Positions 22,988-37,600 of a DNA stretch of 64,000 nt are shown here, piece after piece (position 1 is the first letter of the stretch; every line of letters starts with the position of its first letter). The notes below the pieces were generated by a model, which saw only the letters and a list, made by a program, of their open reading frames with translations, made no database searches and was not told the DNA's origin. This DNA comes from Hydrolagus affinis (Eukaryota). The position numbers were made by a program, and so were the translations under genes. The stretch lies in contig JAAILG010000785.1 in assembly GCA_012026655.1 (NCBI GenBank), positions 1-64,000 on the forward strand. The letters are read 5' to 3'.

Positions 22988-24116
22988 CTGCGTGAAAGAC
23001 AAAGGCCAAGGGTTAGTGAGCACTTTCGCTCAGTCTGACAATGCTCCTCATTAGCAGCACATTGAGCCAATGTACTTTCCTCTTGTGGGCGATGGGGAGT
23101 ATCAGGTAGGTGACTGAACAACGCAGGAATCAGTAAGTGGCAAGTGAGCTCTGGTCAGCCTCCCGAGTGTAAATCAGGTATCAGATAATGAAGGGAAAAA
23201 TGCACTGTTTCAAAACAGATTCAATGGGATAATTATCACACGTGAAGATAATCACAACTTCAGTCAACTAGGATCACTGTTTTACAATATTAACACCAAC
23301 TCCGTGACCTGGACACAACAGCTGCAATCTCTGTTCCTGCCTTGGATGCGGGTCAAAAGAGGAGACCCAAATGTTGTGCCAAGATGCTGACTAAGACCCT
23401 GATTCAGATTTATAAAAATCAAATAGTTTATGAAACATGCTTAGTGGTCGAGCACTTGCCTCACAAGCACGAGGGCCTGGGTTCAATTCCCGAGCAGGGC
23501 AAAACGTTAGGCAGGTTTTGTTATGCCACATGCCTCTGTTTAGCTGATAGTAGGTAGGATCCTGGTTAAGTCAATTTGTGGATTGCTTTCTAGGGATCTC
23601 AAAGCACTTCAAAGAATTTTCTGTGAAGTGACTTGACTGTATATTTTGTGGAATAAAGGCAGCAGCCAATTGCGCACAGGATTGAGTGACCACATAACTG
23701 ATTTATTTTTATTTATTGTTTTTGAAGGGATTATTACCCTCAGAAAAGTGATTCGCCAATAGACTAACCACTTCCCGCTAGGTAAACAGAGGTGTGTGGA
23801 GTAAGGACATTATTGTTAACGGTCACACTCTGCTGGTGACATGGGTGGGACAGAGATTCTCTCAGATTAGTGTGGGATGTCATGAACATGATTGGAAATG
23901 AGCATGGAGTTTCTGGTATCATGGTCTAGTATCAATGAACACATTTATCAGTTGTTCATTTCAGGAGATTTTGCTGCACAAATACCTACCTATTTGCCTA
24001 CAAAAAATGCAACACTCGACAGTAATTCTTTTTAAAACACCTTGAGATGTTCTGACATGATAAAAATGGAATTACTCTCCCTTGGTTCTGAACTGCTTTG
24101 GTGTAAATGACATTAC

Positions 24117-24256
24117 CGGAAGACTTCCAGAGGAGCCAGCACAGTCGACATGATGTCTGACGCTGAACTGAAGACGTTCAAGGAGCTGAGGGAGATGTGG
24201 ACAGTCCAGGCAAAGCGTAGAATGACATCCTCGATTATGGCACAGTAGTAATAGCT
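24117..24256 (-). CDS. XPR1: XPR1 exon 13
   Basis: [47 protein letters not shown]; 140 nt; ATACAG / CG|GTAATG. Confidence 0.96.
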
Positions 24257-24469
24257 CTGTATAATAAAAGAGAAACAAACTCGGTAACTTTACAATAAGA
24301 GCTGGCATGTTATTCTTCAATAGTGACCTCATCTGACAGAACTATCAGGTCGTAGTGACAACGCTGTTTCCACACCACTGCCATTTGCTCAGGCGTACAA
24401 GTCGCTGATACTCTGGCTATCTTCTACATGTTCATCCAAAACTCTGCTGTCACAATATCTCCCATAAGA

Positions 24470-24620
24470 GAAAATGAAAAGGAAGTTAAAGAAGATAAAA
24501 ACAAAATAAAGAAGATGATAAAGATGAAGATAAAAAGAGGATAAAGAAGAAGATCAAGAAGATAAACAGGGGGAGATAAAGAAGGAGATAGACAAGGGGA
24601 TAGACATGGGGTAGAGATAA
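24470..24620. repeat. Low-complexity (AAGATAAA)-like tract
   Basis: Directly visible purine-rich degenerate tandem repeat. Confidence 0.8.
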
Positions 24621-24773
24621 TAATAATAATCCTTGCATTTGATATAATCCAAATGGTCATGGATTGATTGACAAAAAAATTTTTGGAAGAAATTATTACC
24701 CCTGGAAAAGCAATCCGCCTAGTTGATAGTGACCAACTAGGTTCCTATTTACTGATTACTAGTGTTCCTAGTG

Positions 24774-25062
24774 TAGTCCTGTAGTTCAGTGACTACAGCA
24801 CTAGCCTCGCAAGTGAGAGACCTGGGTTCAATTCAAGTTTCCTTACTCAACATGCCTGATAATAATGCCCTCTAAAAAAAAATAATAAATTGGTAATTTT
24901 CAAACCATGACTGTTTGTGGGAGACTGCTGTGTGCAATTGGCTGCCATGTTTCACCTACAAAATACACAGTCAGTTCACTTTACAGTATATCTGTGAAGC
25001 TCTTTGGGATGTCTAGAAGATGTGAAAAGTGCTGTATCAAATGCAAGGATTATTATTATTAA
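24774..25062 (+). mobile_element. tRNA-derived SINE, near full length
   Basis: Head GTCCTGTAGTTCAGTG..GGGTTCAATTC to tail ATCAAATGCAAGG(ATT)n. Confidence 0.9.
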
Positions 25063-25064
25063 TA

Positions 25065-25340
25065 TTACTGCTAGGTAAACAGATGTGTGAAGTAAGGAAA
25101 CTTGCCCAACATTTCACCCTGCCCGGGAATGTAACCCATGTCTCTCACTTCCGAAGTGCACAGCAGTGTCCTACAAACAGTCATGGATTGAAATGTCCAA
25201 TTTATTATTGGGTTTTTTGGGAGGGATTATTATCAGGCATGTGGAGTAAAGAAACTTGCCCAAGGTTTCGCCCTTCCTGGAATCAAACTCAGGTCTCTCA
25301 CTTGGAGGCAAGTGTTCTAACCACTGAGCTACAGGACTCC
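25065..25340 (-). mobile_element. tRNA-derived SINE 5' parts, inverted relative to the neighbour
   Basis: Reverse complement reads GAGTCCTGTAGCTCAGTGGTTAGAACACTTGCC..GAAACCTTGGGCAAGTTTC. Confidence 0.88.
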
Positions 25341-25750
25341 TTGATATAAGAAATAAGATGATGAGAATTGTTTACCTATTCCCAGAGGTTAAGTGCATAT
25401 TGCCAAGAGTGTACTTTGGTGGGGAGAAGAATGGTACAGATGTCATTTAACCAGCTAAAGCATGCATTCTAGCAATGAAGAGCACTGGCAAGTTACCCAT
25501 AGCTTGTTCAGCCTTGACCAGTCTTAGGGCTTAGCACTGTTAGGGCTTTGGTTTGTGGGATTATCAAGATCCAATTGAAGAAACCTAGACCCATCAGTAA
25601 GTGGTCTGTCCCTCTAACCTCTCCCACAAGCCAGTCTAGCCTCAATATTAGAAAAGTAGTTACATCTCCTAGCCCATAGTAAACCCACAGCCAGTGTGGC
25701 ACAACATGGGTGTCCCACACACACCCACATAAACCCACCCACCCACATAC

Positions 25751-25917
25751 TTTCTGAGGGTAGACAATCTCCTCTCGCAGGAAGGTGTTCTCTCCAGCAT
25801 TCTTGTCAAACAGACCCCAGTCCATCTTTAGGTCCCACGTGAGGGTATAACAGGAGCTGATCACCAGGCAGACAATCCACAGATAGAAAAACACCACTGC
25901 ATCGTCGTGTTTCTGTT
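25751..25917 (-). CDS. XPR1: XPR1 exon 12
   Basis: [56 protein letters not shown]; 167 nt. Confidence 0.96.
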
Positions 25918-28719
25918 CTATAAGACAAACAAGAAACATGGTCACCCTCTTTCCCATTAACATGAGAGAGCTCTTCATTGAACATGGCAGGTTGGCTCAC
26001 TGGCTTGAAACATCAAACTAGAAGCTTCTGGGTTTGAACCTCTTTGAGTTGACTCTTAAATTCACCCTTACAAGACTAATAAGTGACCGTTCTAACTTTA
26101 TCGGTACAGTTCTCCCAGCAAGTCAGCAAGAGAAAAAGTTGAAAGCACAGTCATTTTTAATGTATATAATACTTGTTGCATTTGATATAGTGCCTTATCA
26201 CATCTTTGAGACATCTCAAAGTGCGTCATACGCAGAAGGCTGAACCGCTTCTACTGCATGTCTCCTTCTACTGGGGTTTGATTCCACAAGTGCCGATTGC
26301 CCTGAGCTATCTCGGTGAGGTGGCCATAAATGCTAGTCTCTGCAGGGGAGTCAGATTCAGATGCTGTTGGAAGATATGTGCAAGGACAGGAGTAGAAACC
26401 CTCCCAAATTTTCCTTTCCCGAGCCCAGAGGGAGGCTTTGCTTGGGGGGATCTCCTTCGGACTAAGGTGCCGTGCTTGGTGACTGAAAGTTGAAATTGAG
26501 TCCACCCTCTGTGGTGGTCTCAACAATCCAGAGTCAAGGCGGGTCATCGGATCTCTAGGGCACCATATCTATCAGTCACCAGAAAAATAGCTCAGAGGTC
26601 AATTCAGCTACTCAGCAAGGTCTGTGATTGGAATCTGGGACTTTTTCTAGCACGTGTGTCCTTTAACCATTAGTCGATCACCAAAACTCATGTTACACAA
26701 GTTAAAAGTATACCTGGCATTTTAGGCAACAACACCTACTGGGAGCTGAAAAACAAATAGCTGGTAATATGAACAGTGAGGTGTAGAGTGCCGCATAGCA
26801 ATGAGGACCCTTGGACTACGATGAAATCCTACCCTGTCACTTGCAGTTATTTAGTACTTCTGAAAGTGTAAGGACACTGGGGTGCCTCAATCACACATGA
26901 GAAGCATGCTTCATTTTTCTTAAAGTAACAGTAATGGCCTCATCATGTCATTCCCAAATAGAAAGCGTTTCCCAGAACATTCAGCTAAAAGCTGCCAAAC
27001 AATGTGTGAAAGCAGATTGTAATCTAAAACGATGCATAGGAAGTGTGATCATTCCACTGACCCTGCACTCGCAGCAGACAGGGTCAGTGCATAACACGAG
27101 AGGGACAGAGTATCAAGGTCTCGTTGCTGTATGTACAAAATTATATCCAGATTCCTAAATCTCAAAAGTGCGAAAGAATGAACTCAATATGAAAAGGCAT
27201 TCTCCAGCACGTACAAGGTTTTAAACATTCGATAACAGTACAGTTCTTATTAAGAAGTTAGTAAAAACATACTACTGTACCTAAATTCCCTACAGTATCA
27301 CTTACATGTATCATTAAAATAAAAGCAGGGATATCACTGCTCCATTAGGAACTGAACTCTGATTGCTTTGAGTAATAATTTACTGTGAATTACAGATAGA
27401 ACTCACGATTAGATCTGGGATGAAATAACCAGACACACAGCTCTGCGACCAGCAATTCATGCTATGCCAAACATCAGCCTTGATGGTGGGCGAGTTCTGG
27501 CTTATCTGCATTCACTTATTGCGATAGGTTTTGAAGTTGGACTTTCACCCTGTAATTTTTTCCCAAGTATAGAGTGAGACACTGGGAGCCTGGATACTCA
27601 GAACATGGCATCCCACAGGATGCATATTACCTACCCTTGTTCTTCATCTCAGTGCAAACATGTTACACAACAAACTGGAGTGTATTTGAAATTGTGAGGG
27701 ATTGCCACAAGCGATACTCTGAAAGTTCAGGCATGCAATAGCTGTGCTTCTCCCAGCAGCACTGCTGCAAAGCTTCCTTCAGAGTTGAATCAAATTATTT
27801 TAAAATGATATTTCCATTGCATATTACATGACGTTGTGCATTATGTAGTACTGCGCTGCATTAGTTTTAAATTCCAGACTAGTTTTGAACATATTTTATT
27901 AATCTTCACAAATCCAAGTGGAATAAAACAGAGCACAATTGCCCAGAGACCTTATTTAACCTCTACCACCAATGCAGCGAAGCAGAGGTAATTGGTGTGT
28001 AGTCCCACCTGCTGTGTTCAATGCACTGGCAAGGCTGGAATTGAAATTCACAGAACTGAGATTAGAACCTAGCTCACAAGTACAAGCACCCAATAAAATA
28101 ATGCCTACATTTGACTTTGTGCCTGATCACAGCAGAACATCTTAAAAGTGCAACAGACTAACTGAAGCTAATCTGAGATGCCGTCTGGCATGGAGGGCGC
28201 TATATAAATTCAAGTTGTTTTATTGTTGTTGTAATCTGTGCTCGCACATGTAGCAATAAACTGAACAATCAATGAAACTTCTACCTTTGTGAATTTGAAT
28301 GAGGAATGAATATTGGCATGAGAGCTCCTGTTATTTTTACATCAGCTGTAGGATCTTTAATGTCCACCTGAAGAGAAGGACCTCAGTTTAATGTCAATGT
28401 GGCACTCCCCCAGACTCATGTTGTCAGATTATGATCTCAGACCTGGTGCAAATATTGTGGTCGCTGAAGAGATTTAGCGAGGGAAGGCAGGCCGCAATTA
28501 CTGTTTTTGTTTGTATTGTGTTATTTTGGTCAGCCAAGCCCACGCGGAAAACCATCATCATGTAGTATCCAGACCAGACAGTTCCACCCGACACCTACAC
28601 ACGAAACATTACCGGTCTGGATTGAAATGCCCACTCTGTACCTATAGGGACACACTCTGCTGCTTACGGAAGGTATTAGGTGCAAGAATCACGAACTGGG
28701 GACCATAGAGTGTGCATTG

Positions 28720-29235
28720 GAGGCATCCCCATCCCTCCAGTCCTTGCCAGGCTCCACTGGAGCCTGGCAAGGACTGTTGCAGAATGGATCAATTTAAAAA
28801 TCCTTAGTACAAATCCCTTCACACCCTGGCATCTCCCTACCGCTGTGACATGCCTACACCCCATTCCTCTACCCGACCCTTCACTCAGTTGGCAGCGACT
28901 TCCCGCACATCACTTGTCCCTTGTCCCCTCCGCTCCACAATCGGCAGCAGCTCTTCTAATGTTTAAGCATTCTGAAACCTCCTGTTCGTGAAGTGAAGGG
29001 CGCTATATAAATGCAAGTTGTGGATGGAATTGTCATCCCCACGTTTAGCCACTATGCCTGGAAACGCAGGAACAGCCTTCCTCTAACTCTCCGCCTTTCC
29101 TACCTTCAGGTCGTGCCTGAAGACCCTTCCTGTTCGACTACGCCTATGGTCACCTCCCTGCAGCTCAGCATGGTGCTCTGCCACTGTTTGTGACTGTACC
29201 TTGATGAGGGGCGCTATATAAATACAAGTTGTTGT
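28720..29235 (+). mobile_element. L2 LINE 3' fragments
   Basis: PVLARLHW..INLKIL remnant and two GGGCGCTATATAAAT tails. Confidence 0.7.
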
Positions 29236-31249
29236 TGCATTAAAACTGCACAGCTTGCCATTGTCTGGTAAGTTTCCTGCTGGTTATTTCCTTGGGACGT
29301 CCTCACGGTGTAAAAGGTACTATACAAATGTAATGTGGTTGTTGTATTTTGATACAACTTATCTGTTTGGTGCCCTGGCCTTGTAGGGTAAACAGTAGGA
29401 GCTGAGTGGGAAGAATCCCTGACCTCAGTGGGTATACAGATCATAGTCATTCCATTCAAAAATAGTCACAATGAAAACTCTTTGTGCTGGTGAATAACAC
29501 TATGCACTGGTAAAGAAAAAATAGAACAATTTTGAAAACCACTGATATTACTCTGCGAGTCAGAGTGGATACAGTGATGGCCAATATCGCATAATAGTAA
29601 TAAGAATTCTTGATATATCATCTTATTATGTCTTTAAGACATCTCAAAGCACTTCACAGAATAGACAGTAAAGTTAATTAATTGCCTGTATATTTTGTGG
29701 GCGAATCCCAGCAGCCAATTGCACACAGCAGTGTCCCACAAACCGTTGTAGATTGAGTGACCAAATTATTTTTTTGTTTATTTTGAAGCAAAGTGAATTC
29801 ACATGGTCTGTGAATGTGATAGAGGGTGGGGGAAAAGAGGAACTGACTCAAAACTTTAGTTTGCCCTAAGTTAAATCTTTTCAAAGTTTAACTTGGGGAA
29901 AATGTCTTCATGTGAAATGTTGGAACAAATTAATAGGAGACATTTAGATGTATAATAGCTTTTCTGAAGTGATTTTCCTCTCCCACTCTCTCTTTCTGCA
30001 TCTCTATATAAATCCTGCCTCCAACCTACATATTCTACCTTCTTCTATGGTATATCGCAGATGACCTGCTGTGTGAAATACCCCAGACATTAAAGACATT
30101 TATCTGAGACAAAATTTATTTGTGCTGAATTCTTTAGAGGTACCTTGGGAAGTCAAATTGACCAACATTGACATCTAAATGCCTGCTGCCTCTTCCTCAA
30201 ACCACTGTGAATGGGCCTCTGTGCTGCCTCCCTTTTATCCCTTGTGGGTCCAACACTTCGCACTCAGCTCCTCCTCCTCTGCAAAGCGTACACTGGAATT
30301 TAGCTGCGGAAACCCACATCTTATCCTAATCCAATGCATTAAGTTAGAATCCTGGCTCAACCTGCACTGTAGTGAATGGGAGAAAAGTGTTCTTCAGGCC
30401 TGGAGCAAACATTCTCAAAGGAAAATGCGAGTATTCATCCAGAAAACAAGAGTTCTTTTGTACACTCTGGAGTGTGACTTCGAGCATTTTTCATGCATTG
30501 GTAACCGCGATAAATGCTCCCATATCTACTAAATTCACAGATTTCCCTCAAGCAATGGTCTCAGATTAACAGTGAAATACAGGACAGTGAATCCAATCAT
30601 TCAAATCTGATTGTCTGATCGTGTGTTTTGTGAAATCTAGCACTTCATGTGGCTGAAGGCATGTCCATTGATGGTGGGATGGAGTGGTTGAGGGACAAAG
30701 AGGAGGCCAGAGCCAGCTGAGCGGAGGCAGCAGGTGGTGGAGTGGGGGTAAGCAAATCAGATAGGTAGGATGGTGTGATGGCATGAAGAAATTTGATAAC
30801 AAGTGAGAGGATCTTGAAATTGATCGAGTTCAGTAATTCTGTCTGTCTCAGAAGGCCATATCTCTGTCACACCTCTTCTCTTCTCCCAGTGACAATCATA
30901 TTGGCCTAATAGACTTTCACTTATATTCTCCCAATCGCAAGGTTCCGCCCTTTTGCCGCAATTAACCTCTGATCAGGAAGTGTTGTCACTGTTCATCCCC
31001 TCAAAAGACCTCCCTTTGATCCTATCGTAATCTTCGCTGTTAAAATAAAAATAATGGAAGCCTAACCTCATTAACACAACATCTCATCTTTTGAACTTGC
31101 ACTGCACGCCTTCAGGTCCCTGATGTCTTGAATTGCCTGGAATTGGTCCACTAACCTTAGCATATCTTACTTGGGACATGTTTCCCATGTGAAAGACTCC
31201 TGTATATAGATGTCAATGTTTATTGTATTGTTACACTATATCAGAAGTC

Positions 31250-31545
31250 TGTGTACCTCAGTGTTTAGAGCACTCGCCTTACAAGTGAGACCTGGCTTCC
31301 CGACCAAGGTGAAACCTTGGACAAGTTTCCTTACTCCACACGCCTAATAATAATCCCTCGAAAATAAACAACAATAATAATTTGGTCACTCAATCCATGA
31401 CTGTTTGTGAGACACCGCTGTGTGCAATTGGCTGCTGCATTTTGCCCACAAACATACAGTCAATTTCCTTTACAGTATATTCTTTGAAGCGCATGGAGAT
31501 ATCTAGAGGACGTGAAAAGTGCGATAACAAATGCAAGAATTATCA
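31250..31545 (+). mobile_element. tRNA-derived SINE
   Basis: Same head, body and tail as the 24774 copy. Confidence 0.88.
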
Positions 31546-34269
31546 TTCATATTGTTACAACCATACACATATCCTACTCTACCACAATGCTGCTCACAAC
31601 AGTGATCTCAGTGCTAATTTTACAATTTATAATGGTCAAATGTGCTTTTTTCACTGTGAACCAAGAGGGGGCACTGTTGTTCCAGAATCAGATTATAATA
31701 AAATGTTTTTCCAAAGAACTTCTTGTCTTAAAACAATGGATTTCTCTCCTTCCAAAACGTAGTGCTTATTTTTTAGTTTTATGGAAGCTTTCAGTCTACA
31801 ACCGCCTCGTGCTACTGGACACCAATGGATGTAATTGAAACCTTATCTGCTGGGACCTACACCCAGATCACAATAATAATTTTTTTAAATGAATAATAAT
31901 GCTTGCATTTCACAGCATCTTCAAAGACGAAATGATTCAAAGCAATTTAGGGAAGTGTCAAGTGTAGTGACTATCTATAGACAGATACAGCAGCCAATTT
32001 GCGCATAGCATAGCAAGGTCCCTCAGACATCCATGAATGGATCTGGAAGATTGTAGGTTAGGATACCAGGAAGACCAAACTACTTCTTGAATTGTGTCAT
32101 AGGACCTTCAATGTCCACCTGAACAGGCAGACGGGAGCAGTCTTAACATCTTTTGCAAAGAACTCATGAGGGCTTAGTGAGTTTATCCAACTGAAAAGAG
32201 TAGACTGTCTACACTGTCAGACACTGTCCTCAACAGATCTATGTACACACCCAACACTGCACACACCCTAACAGGTAGGGTAGCCCTAACCCAAGCACTA
32301 GAAAGTTTAAGAATGAACGCTTCCCCTGAGTAAACTGCATGATTTTAGCTGATTCAATTTCAGCTTCACATCATTGTATACTAACACTGTGACTGCTACA
32401 TGTAAATTTGTCTCCACACCCCCTGGAGAGATCGTAAACAGAAACAGTGACTAAAAGCGCCAGGTGTAAATTGTAGTAAAGAAACCTGCAGCTAAAGATT
32501 TACTTTGTGATTTTTGCAAACGTGTTGGGAGCATGATTTGAGCAAGATGAAGTTGGTTTAACAAGTTGAACTGAAATCGTTCTTGAAAGAAAGCTACCAA
32601 AGTGAGTAAGGGCTGGGAAAAAATCCATGTTTAGGTGGCTGGTAATGTATGTAGCTCCTCCTGAGTCTTTTCAGCATGTTCAGCACTCTCTAAATGTACA
32701 AGATCTTCACATAGGAGGGAAATAGGTGAAAATAAATCAATTATAGGACTCCTGTACACTAAACACGGTGCTATAGGAAACGTGCAACAAATACCAATAG
32801 ACTATCTCTTTACTAGAAAAACATGGCTTGATGAATGCAAGGTGGTTGAAAAACGATTCCATAAGTTTCCTCTATATTATAGGTTTAGATACAGATGTTT
32901 CTGACAGGCATGGCAGGATTGGATTAACCGCTGGGAGGGTTAATGTCCTATACAATGGAATAGATGCTGATAGGAGTGGGTCCACATTGAGCCATTTTAA
33001 GTTATTTTGAATGACTAATTATGGTAAAAATAAATGTTATTGAGTCAACAGGAATTGGTGTAAATTTGGCCAGTGGGAAATTATTCCTGAGGGGTTTGAA
33101 GCAATGCACAAGGCTAACATGTTACAGAGTAAAAGCATTTCTTCCTTCTCATTCTCCAGAGGCAGGTCCAGCAGATGTTATTTATAGCATCAATGAACTT
33201 CCAATTTACTGAAGCAGATGATATTGCTTTTGGGTTTGTTGGGACTGGATTAAATTAAACTAGTGAAGAAACTCAGTTATTAGACAGTTGCAAAGCTCAC
33301 TGCAAACTGGACTCTAAGCAGTGTAACTCAGTCAGTCAGGACTGAGAGGCCCCGAATTCCAGCAGCATTCAGAGGTGACGACTGGTGTCAGACCGAACCA
33401 TTGGCTGGTTGGAAGTGGCTAATTAGACCGACGTTCAGGAGTTGGACAGGTTAGAATCAAACCTTTGATGGTATGATACTCAACTTTTTCATGATTGTGT
33501 GACTTGTCTGCTCTCACCATTTATATTTGAGGGAAATAATTATATTTCACTGTCCAATTGATCGGATCCCTCAATAATACTATGGTTATTGGTTTTGCCA
33601 CTACAGCAGCAAACTGATAGTTAAAACAAGTCCAGCATCTTTGTTGCACCCTCTCTTCCCAAAACCAGCTCCAGCTGTTGATGACCAGAATTAGAAAAAG
33701 CACAATAGGTTTACCCATCACCCTGGGATGTCCTCCTGACGTGAAAGGCGCTATACAAGTGTAATTTTGTGGTTGTTGCCCAAGTCACAAGCACTCTTGC
33801 CTCCGAGTCACCGTGCTAATTAAAAGGATAAGGAAGTTTCTCCCAGTGTTTTGGTCAAACATCCTCCAGATAAAAATAAGCATTTACTTCATGACGTGGG
33901 ACGTTGTTAGTCACAAATCAGATACCATAAATTCTGGTTTGCCCACAAATCCATAGTCACTACACTTTGTAATAAAATCCAGTGAAACACTTTTGAGATG
34001 GCTCGCCAATGTGATATGGCACTGTGTCAAATGCAAGCTTATTGTTACTTATAACTTCTCACTGGATCGAACAACACCATTTCCATATTAATTTATTACA
34101 AATTAATTTTCAAATTGATTAATTTATTCTAACTAAACCCTGAAGCAAGTTCAGGGACAATATTAGATTGTGTGGCTTAGCGGGGGGAACAAGGGAAAGA
34201 AAAGTTTCTAATAGAAAAAATAGGCCAATCTGAAAACCTTTTTGAATAGATTAAAACTCAATGTCAAGG

Positions 34270-34660
34270 CTTTTAAATACAATCTCATAATTATAATACT
34301 TGCATTTGATAAAGTGCCTTATTACATCTCAAGGTGTCTCAAAAAGTGCTTTTACAGAATATATCAAGTTATCAGGGATGCTACCCTGGGTGAGGGGCAC
34401 TATAATCAAGTTGTTGCTGCTGTAAAGGATTGACTGTATATTTTGTGGGTGAAACACAAAAACAATGTTCAATAAATAGTCATGGATTGAGTGATCAAAT
34501 TGTGTTTTACCCTGGAAAGCGATCCAGCAATTAAACAGCAATTAAACAGGTTCCTACTTACAGCTAGCTAAAAAGGCATGTGGAGTATGGAAACCTAGCG
34601 TTGCCTAAGGTTTCACCCACTTCACCTAATGTTTCCTCTTGCTTGTGAGGCAAGTGTGCT
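34270..34660 (-). mobile_element. tRNA-derived SINE (long form, interrupted)
   Basis: Tail ATAATACTTGCATTTGAT.. through GCCTAAGGTTTCACC head region. Confidence 0.75.
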
Positions 34661-37600
34661 AAATCTAATTCTGCGATGATAGAAATCTGGTTTACCAGCT
34701 GTGTCAGACAAATGAAAACTTGGCTCAGGATAGAGACCAGAGTCCACAGATGCTCATCTGGCTGGTGACCAGCTAGAGATTTGTTTTTAGTTTTGCAAAT
34801 ATTTGAAACAATGTCCCTTATTAATCAAAAACTGAGGAGAAATCCCACCAGTGGCTAGATTTGTGGCATTTCAGGGCATCCGGAATATGGACTCTCTGAA
34901 TTGCTTCCTGAATTTTGCTATGAGTTTTGGAGCCAGTTTTCTGTACATTCTTTTAAGAACAGGAATTTGACTTAAGAGTTAAAACTGAATCCAAGAGCTT
35001 TCCAAATTCTGAGTGATCTGAAATAGTACAAAAAGGTGTAACTATACATTCAATTAAAATTTACTCTCAATGAAGGTAATGAAATGGCTGGCAGTAGAGG
35101 TATGGAAACAAGATAACAACAACAAATTACATTTTAAAAAGTGCCTTCATAAGGAAAATATCCCAAGGCCCCGGACAATGAAGGGTTTGCAACTGAGCTG
35201 GGGGTTGGGATCAGGAGGGGTCAAAGGCTGCCATAGATGGTGGGGCAGGCCAGAGCCCACGAAATGGAGGTAGCGGAGAGATTGGTATGGAGTAAGCAGG
35301 TTACAGAGGAACAAGGAGATGGAGGGCTTTGAAAGCGAGGACGAGGTTTTTAACTCTAACCTCTAGGTAGTGGGGAACAACAACTTGTATTTATACAGTG
35401 CCCTTCAGGCATCAGGTCTAAGTCAGTGAAACAAGATATAGCAGGGGCATAGAAGCAGTCATGGGGAATCTTGCTCCATTGTTTTCATTGAGGTTTATCC
35501 ACAGCTGGGTTCAAGGTCAGTGCTTGGATTCAAACCAGCTTAACTCGATAGCCCATCCCTCAACCCATCCAAGGTGAATGGGAGCTGAAGCAAGTGGACA
35601 GGGCAAGGGATAAAGCACAGTCAAAGAGACACGTTTTAAGACAAGCTTTAAAATGAGTGAGTCTGATGAACTATGGGATGTAATTCCAGAGAGTGGCAAA
35701 ATATCTGAAAGCCGATGGTTGGATGGGTAGGGCAGGGAGCATGAAGAGGGCTGGTGGGTAAAGGAGATTGCTGTAAAGTGACTGAGCCTATGGTGGAGCG
35801 GTTGAACGCAAGGACGAGGATCTTGAATTCGATCCGCAAGGGGTGGGGGGTGGGTGAAGCCTCACAGGAGGAATAAAGAAAACACTGAAAGCTGAAAATT
35901 TTAAATAGCAATGTAGGTCAATGACTGTCGATCACTAGCTCCGAAGAGACCGTCAGCAACTCAAAGAGAGAGAGAGAGAAAAAGAGAGAGCAACAGTCAG
36001 TTTCCCTGAGAAAGAGAAGGAAAAAGAGGTATTCACAGTCTCTTAGAGAAAGGCAGTCAGTATCTCAGAGAAAGATAAAAACACACAGAGAGACAGGTAA
36101 GTCAATGTTCCACATGGATGCCTTTATCAGGAAAAGAACGGTTGTTTTGTGAAAGCCCCTAGAATACAGAGCAGAACAAGGAAATATACAGTCTCCTTTT
36201 TCATCTCTTTCAGAATAAGCCGACTGATCTGCATCTACAAGTTCCCTTTATTACACACTGTGAGACGTCTCTGACCACTCCACAAGGTGGGTATCATTGT
36301 GCCTGGTGCTACAATAGGTTGGGCACATTGCTGTGGCAGAAAGGAGGTCAGATCGCAGGATAATTCAGACACAAAGGAGGTTTAAAACTAGGCAGACTAT
36401 CTGAATTTAAGAACGTTGTGATTTTCATAGTACAACATTTCAATAGATATTAGTCGTCTAGATATTAGTTACAGATACTAGCAGCTAATCTATCTACAGT
36501 CCCCTGTGGTTAGAAAGGTCAGAAGTGACCCGCCTGGTTAGACCACACCATTTGGCTGGTACCCACCCCATCCCCGCTCCTGTGCCTCCTCTCGGTTGTT
36601 TGGGGCTGCTTTCCACCCACATTCACACAAGGAACAAAACAGTTTGGTGCTTTGCTCTTTGTTGTGTTCCCCTTCCCCCACCGCATACTCCCCCCACCAC
36701 CACACACACTTTCATCTTCTTATCATTCTGAACAGGTTTCACAGTCTGCTATCGCAGCAGGAAAGCAATTACAACTCAATCACCGCTGGCTACTCCTCAC
36801 GCCCCTGAACATTGCCAGCAATATAGAGAAAACAAGAGCATTGGTATTCCACCCAGCACATTTATTACTCTGGAGGCTTAGAAAAATCATTCCATCTGTA
36901 CCGCAGTGCCCAGCTTCCTGCAGAGAGAGCTCCAGCGTTTCAATCAAAAAGAAATAATGACTACAGCTTTGCAGTTACTTATCGTGGCAGAAGACAGTTT
37001 TGCTTCCAACAGGATGAATTCTGAATTTACATAGAAATAAGACAATATTTCTGCCAATATCATATAGGAAAAATTAGATTTCACAAACCGGTTTGCTCAG
37101 TTGACTTATTTTCTATTTGAAACGATCTATACATTTACTGCAGTTTTGTCAAATGAGCTGTTCTGGTATTAATTAAATGAAAAGCTTCCAGAATATTAGC
37201 ACAATATATAAATGTTATCCGTAGACAACCAAATTGTATGTAATGGGAGGCATCTGTATAATGGTTAACTATCTACAGTGGATAGATACATGTTCTGAAT
37301 CCAGAATATATTACTTTACACAAAGGGTTGTGTGAATATCGAATGCAATGCCCCTAGGAGACTACAGATGCACAATCGATCGAGTTTTTTTTTAATGTTG
37401 GCTTTGGTATTATGGACGCAGCTGTCACAGTAATGGCTCGATTGTGGATGAACTTGATCGGGCTCTTTTTCTACTCTCAGGAGCTAAATATCCAAAGGCT
37501 TTTCGTTCCATATAGGAGTTGGCATAATTTCCCCCAGGCCCCACCGCCCCCCCTCCCCCGATTAGCACTAACTAATTGTTGTGAAGCTGGAGAGTGGCCT

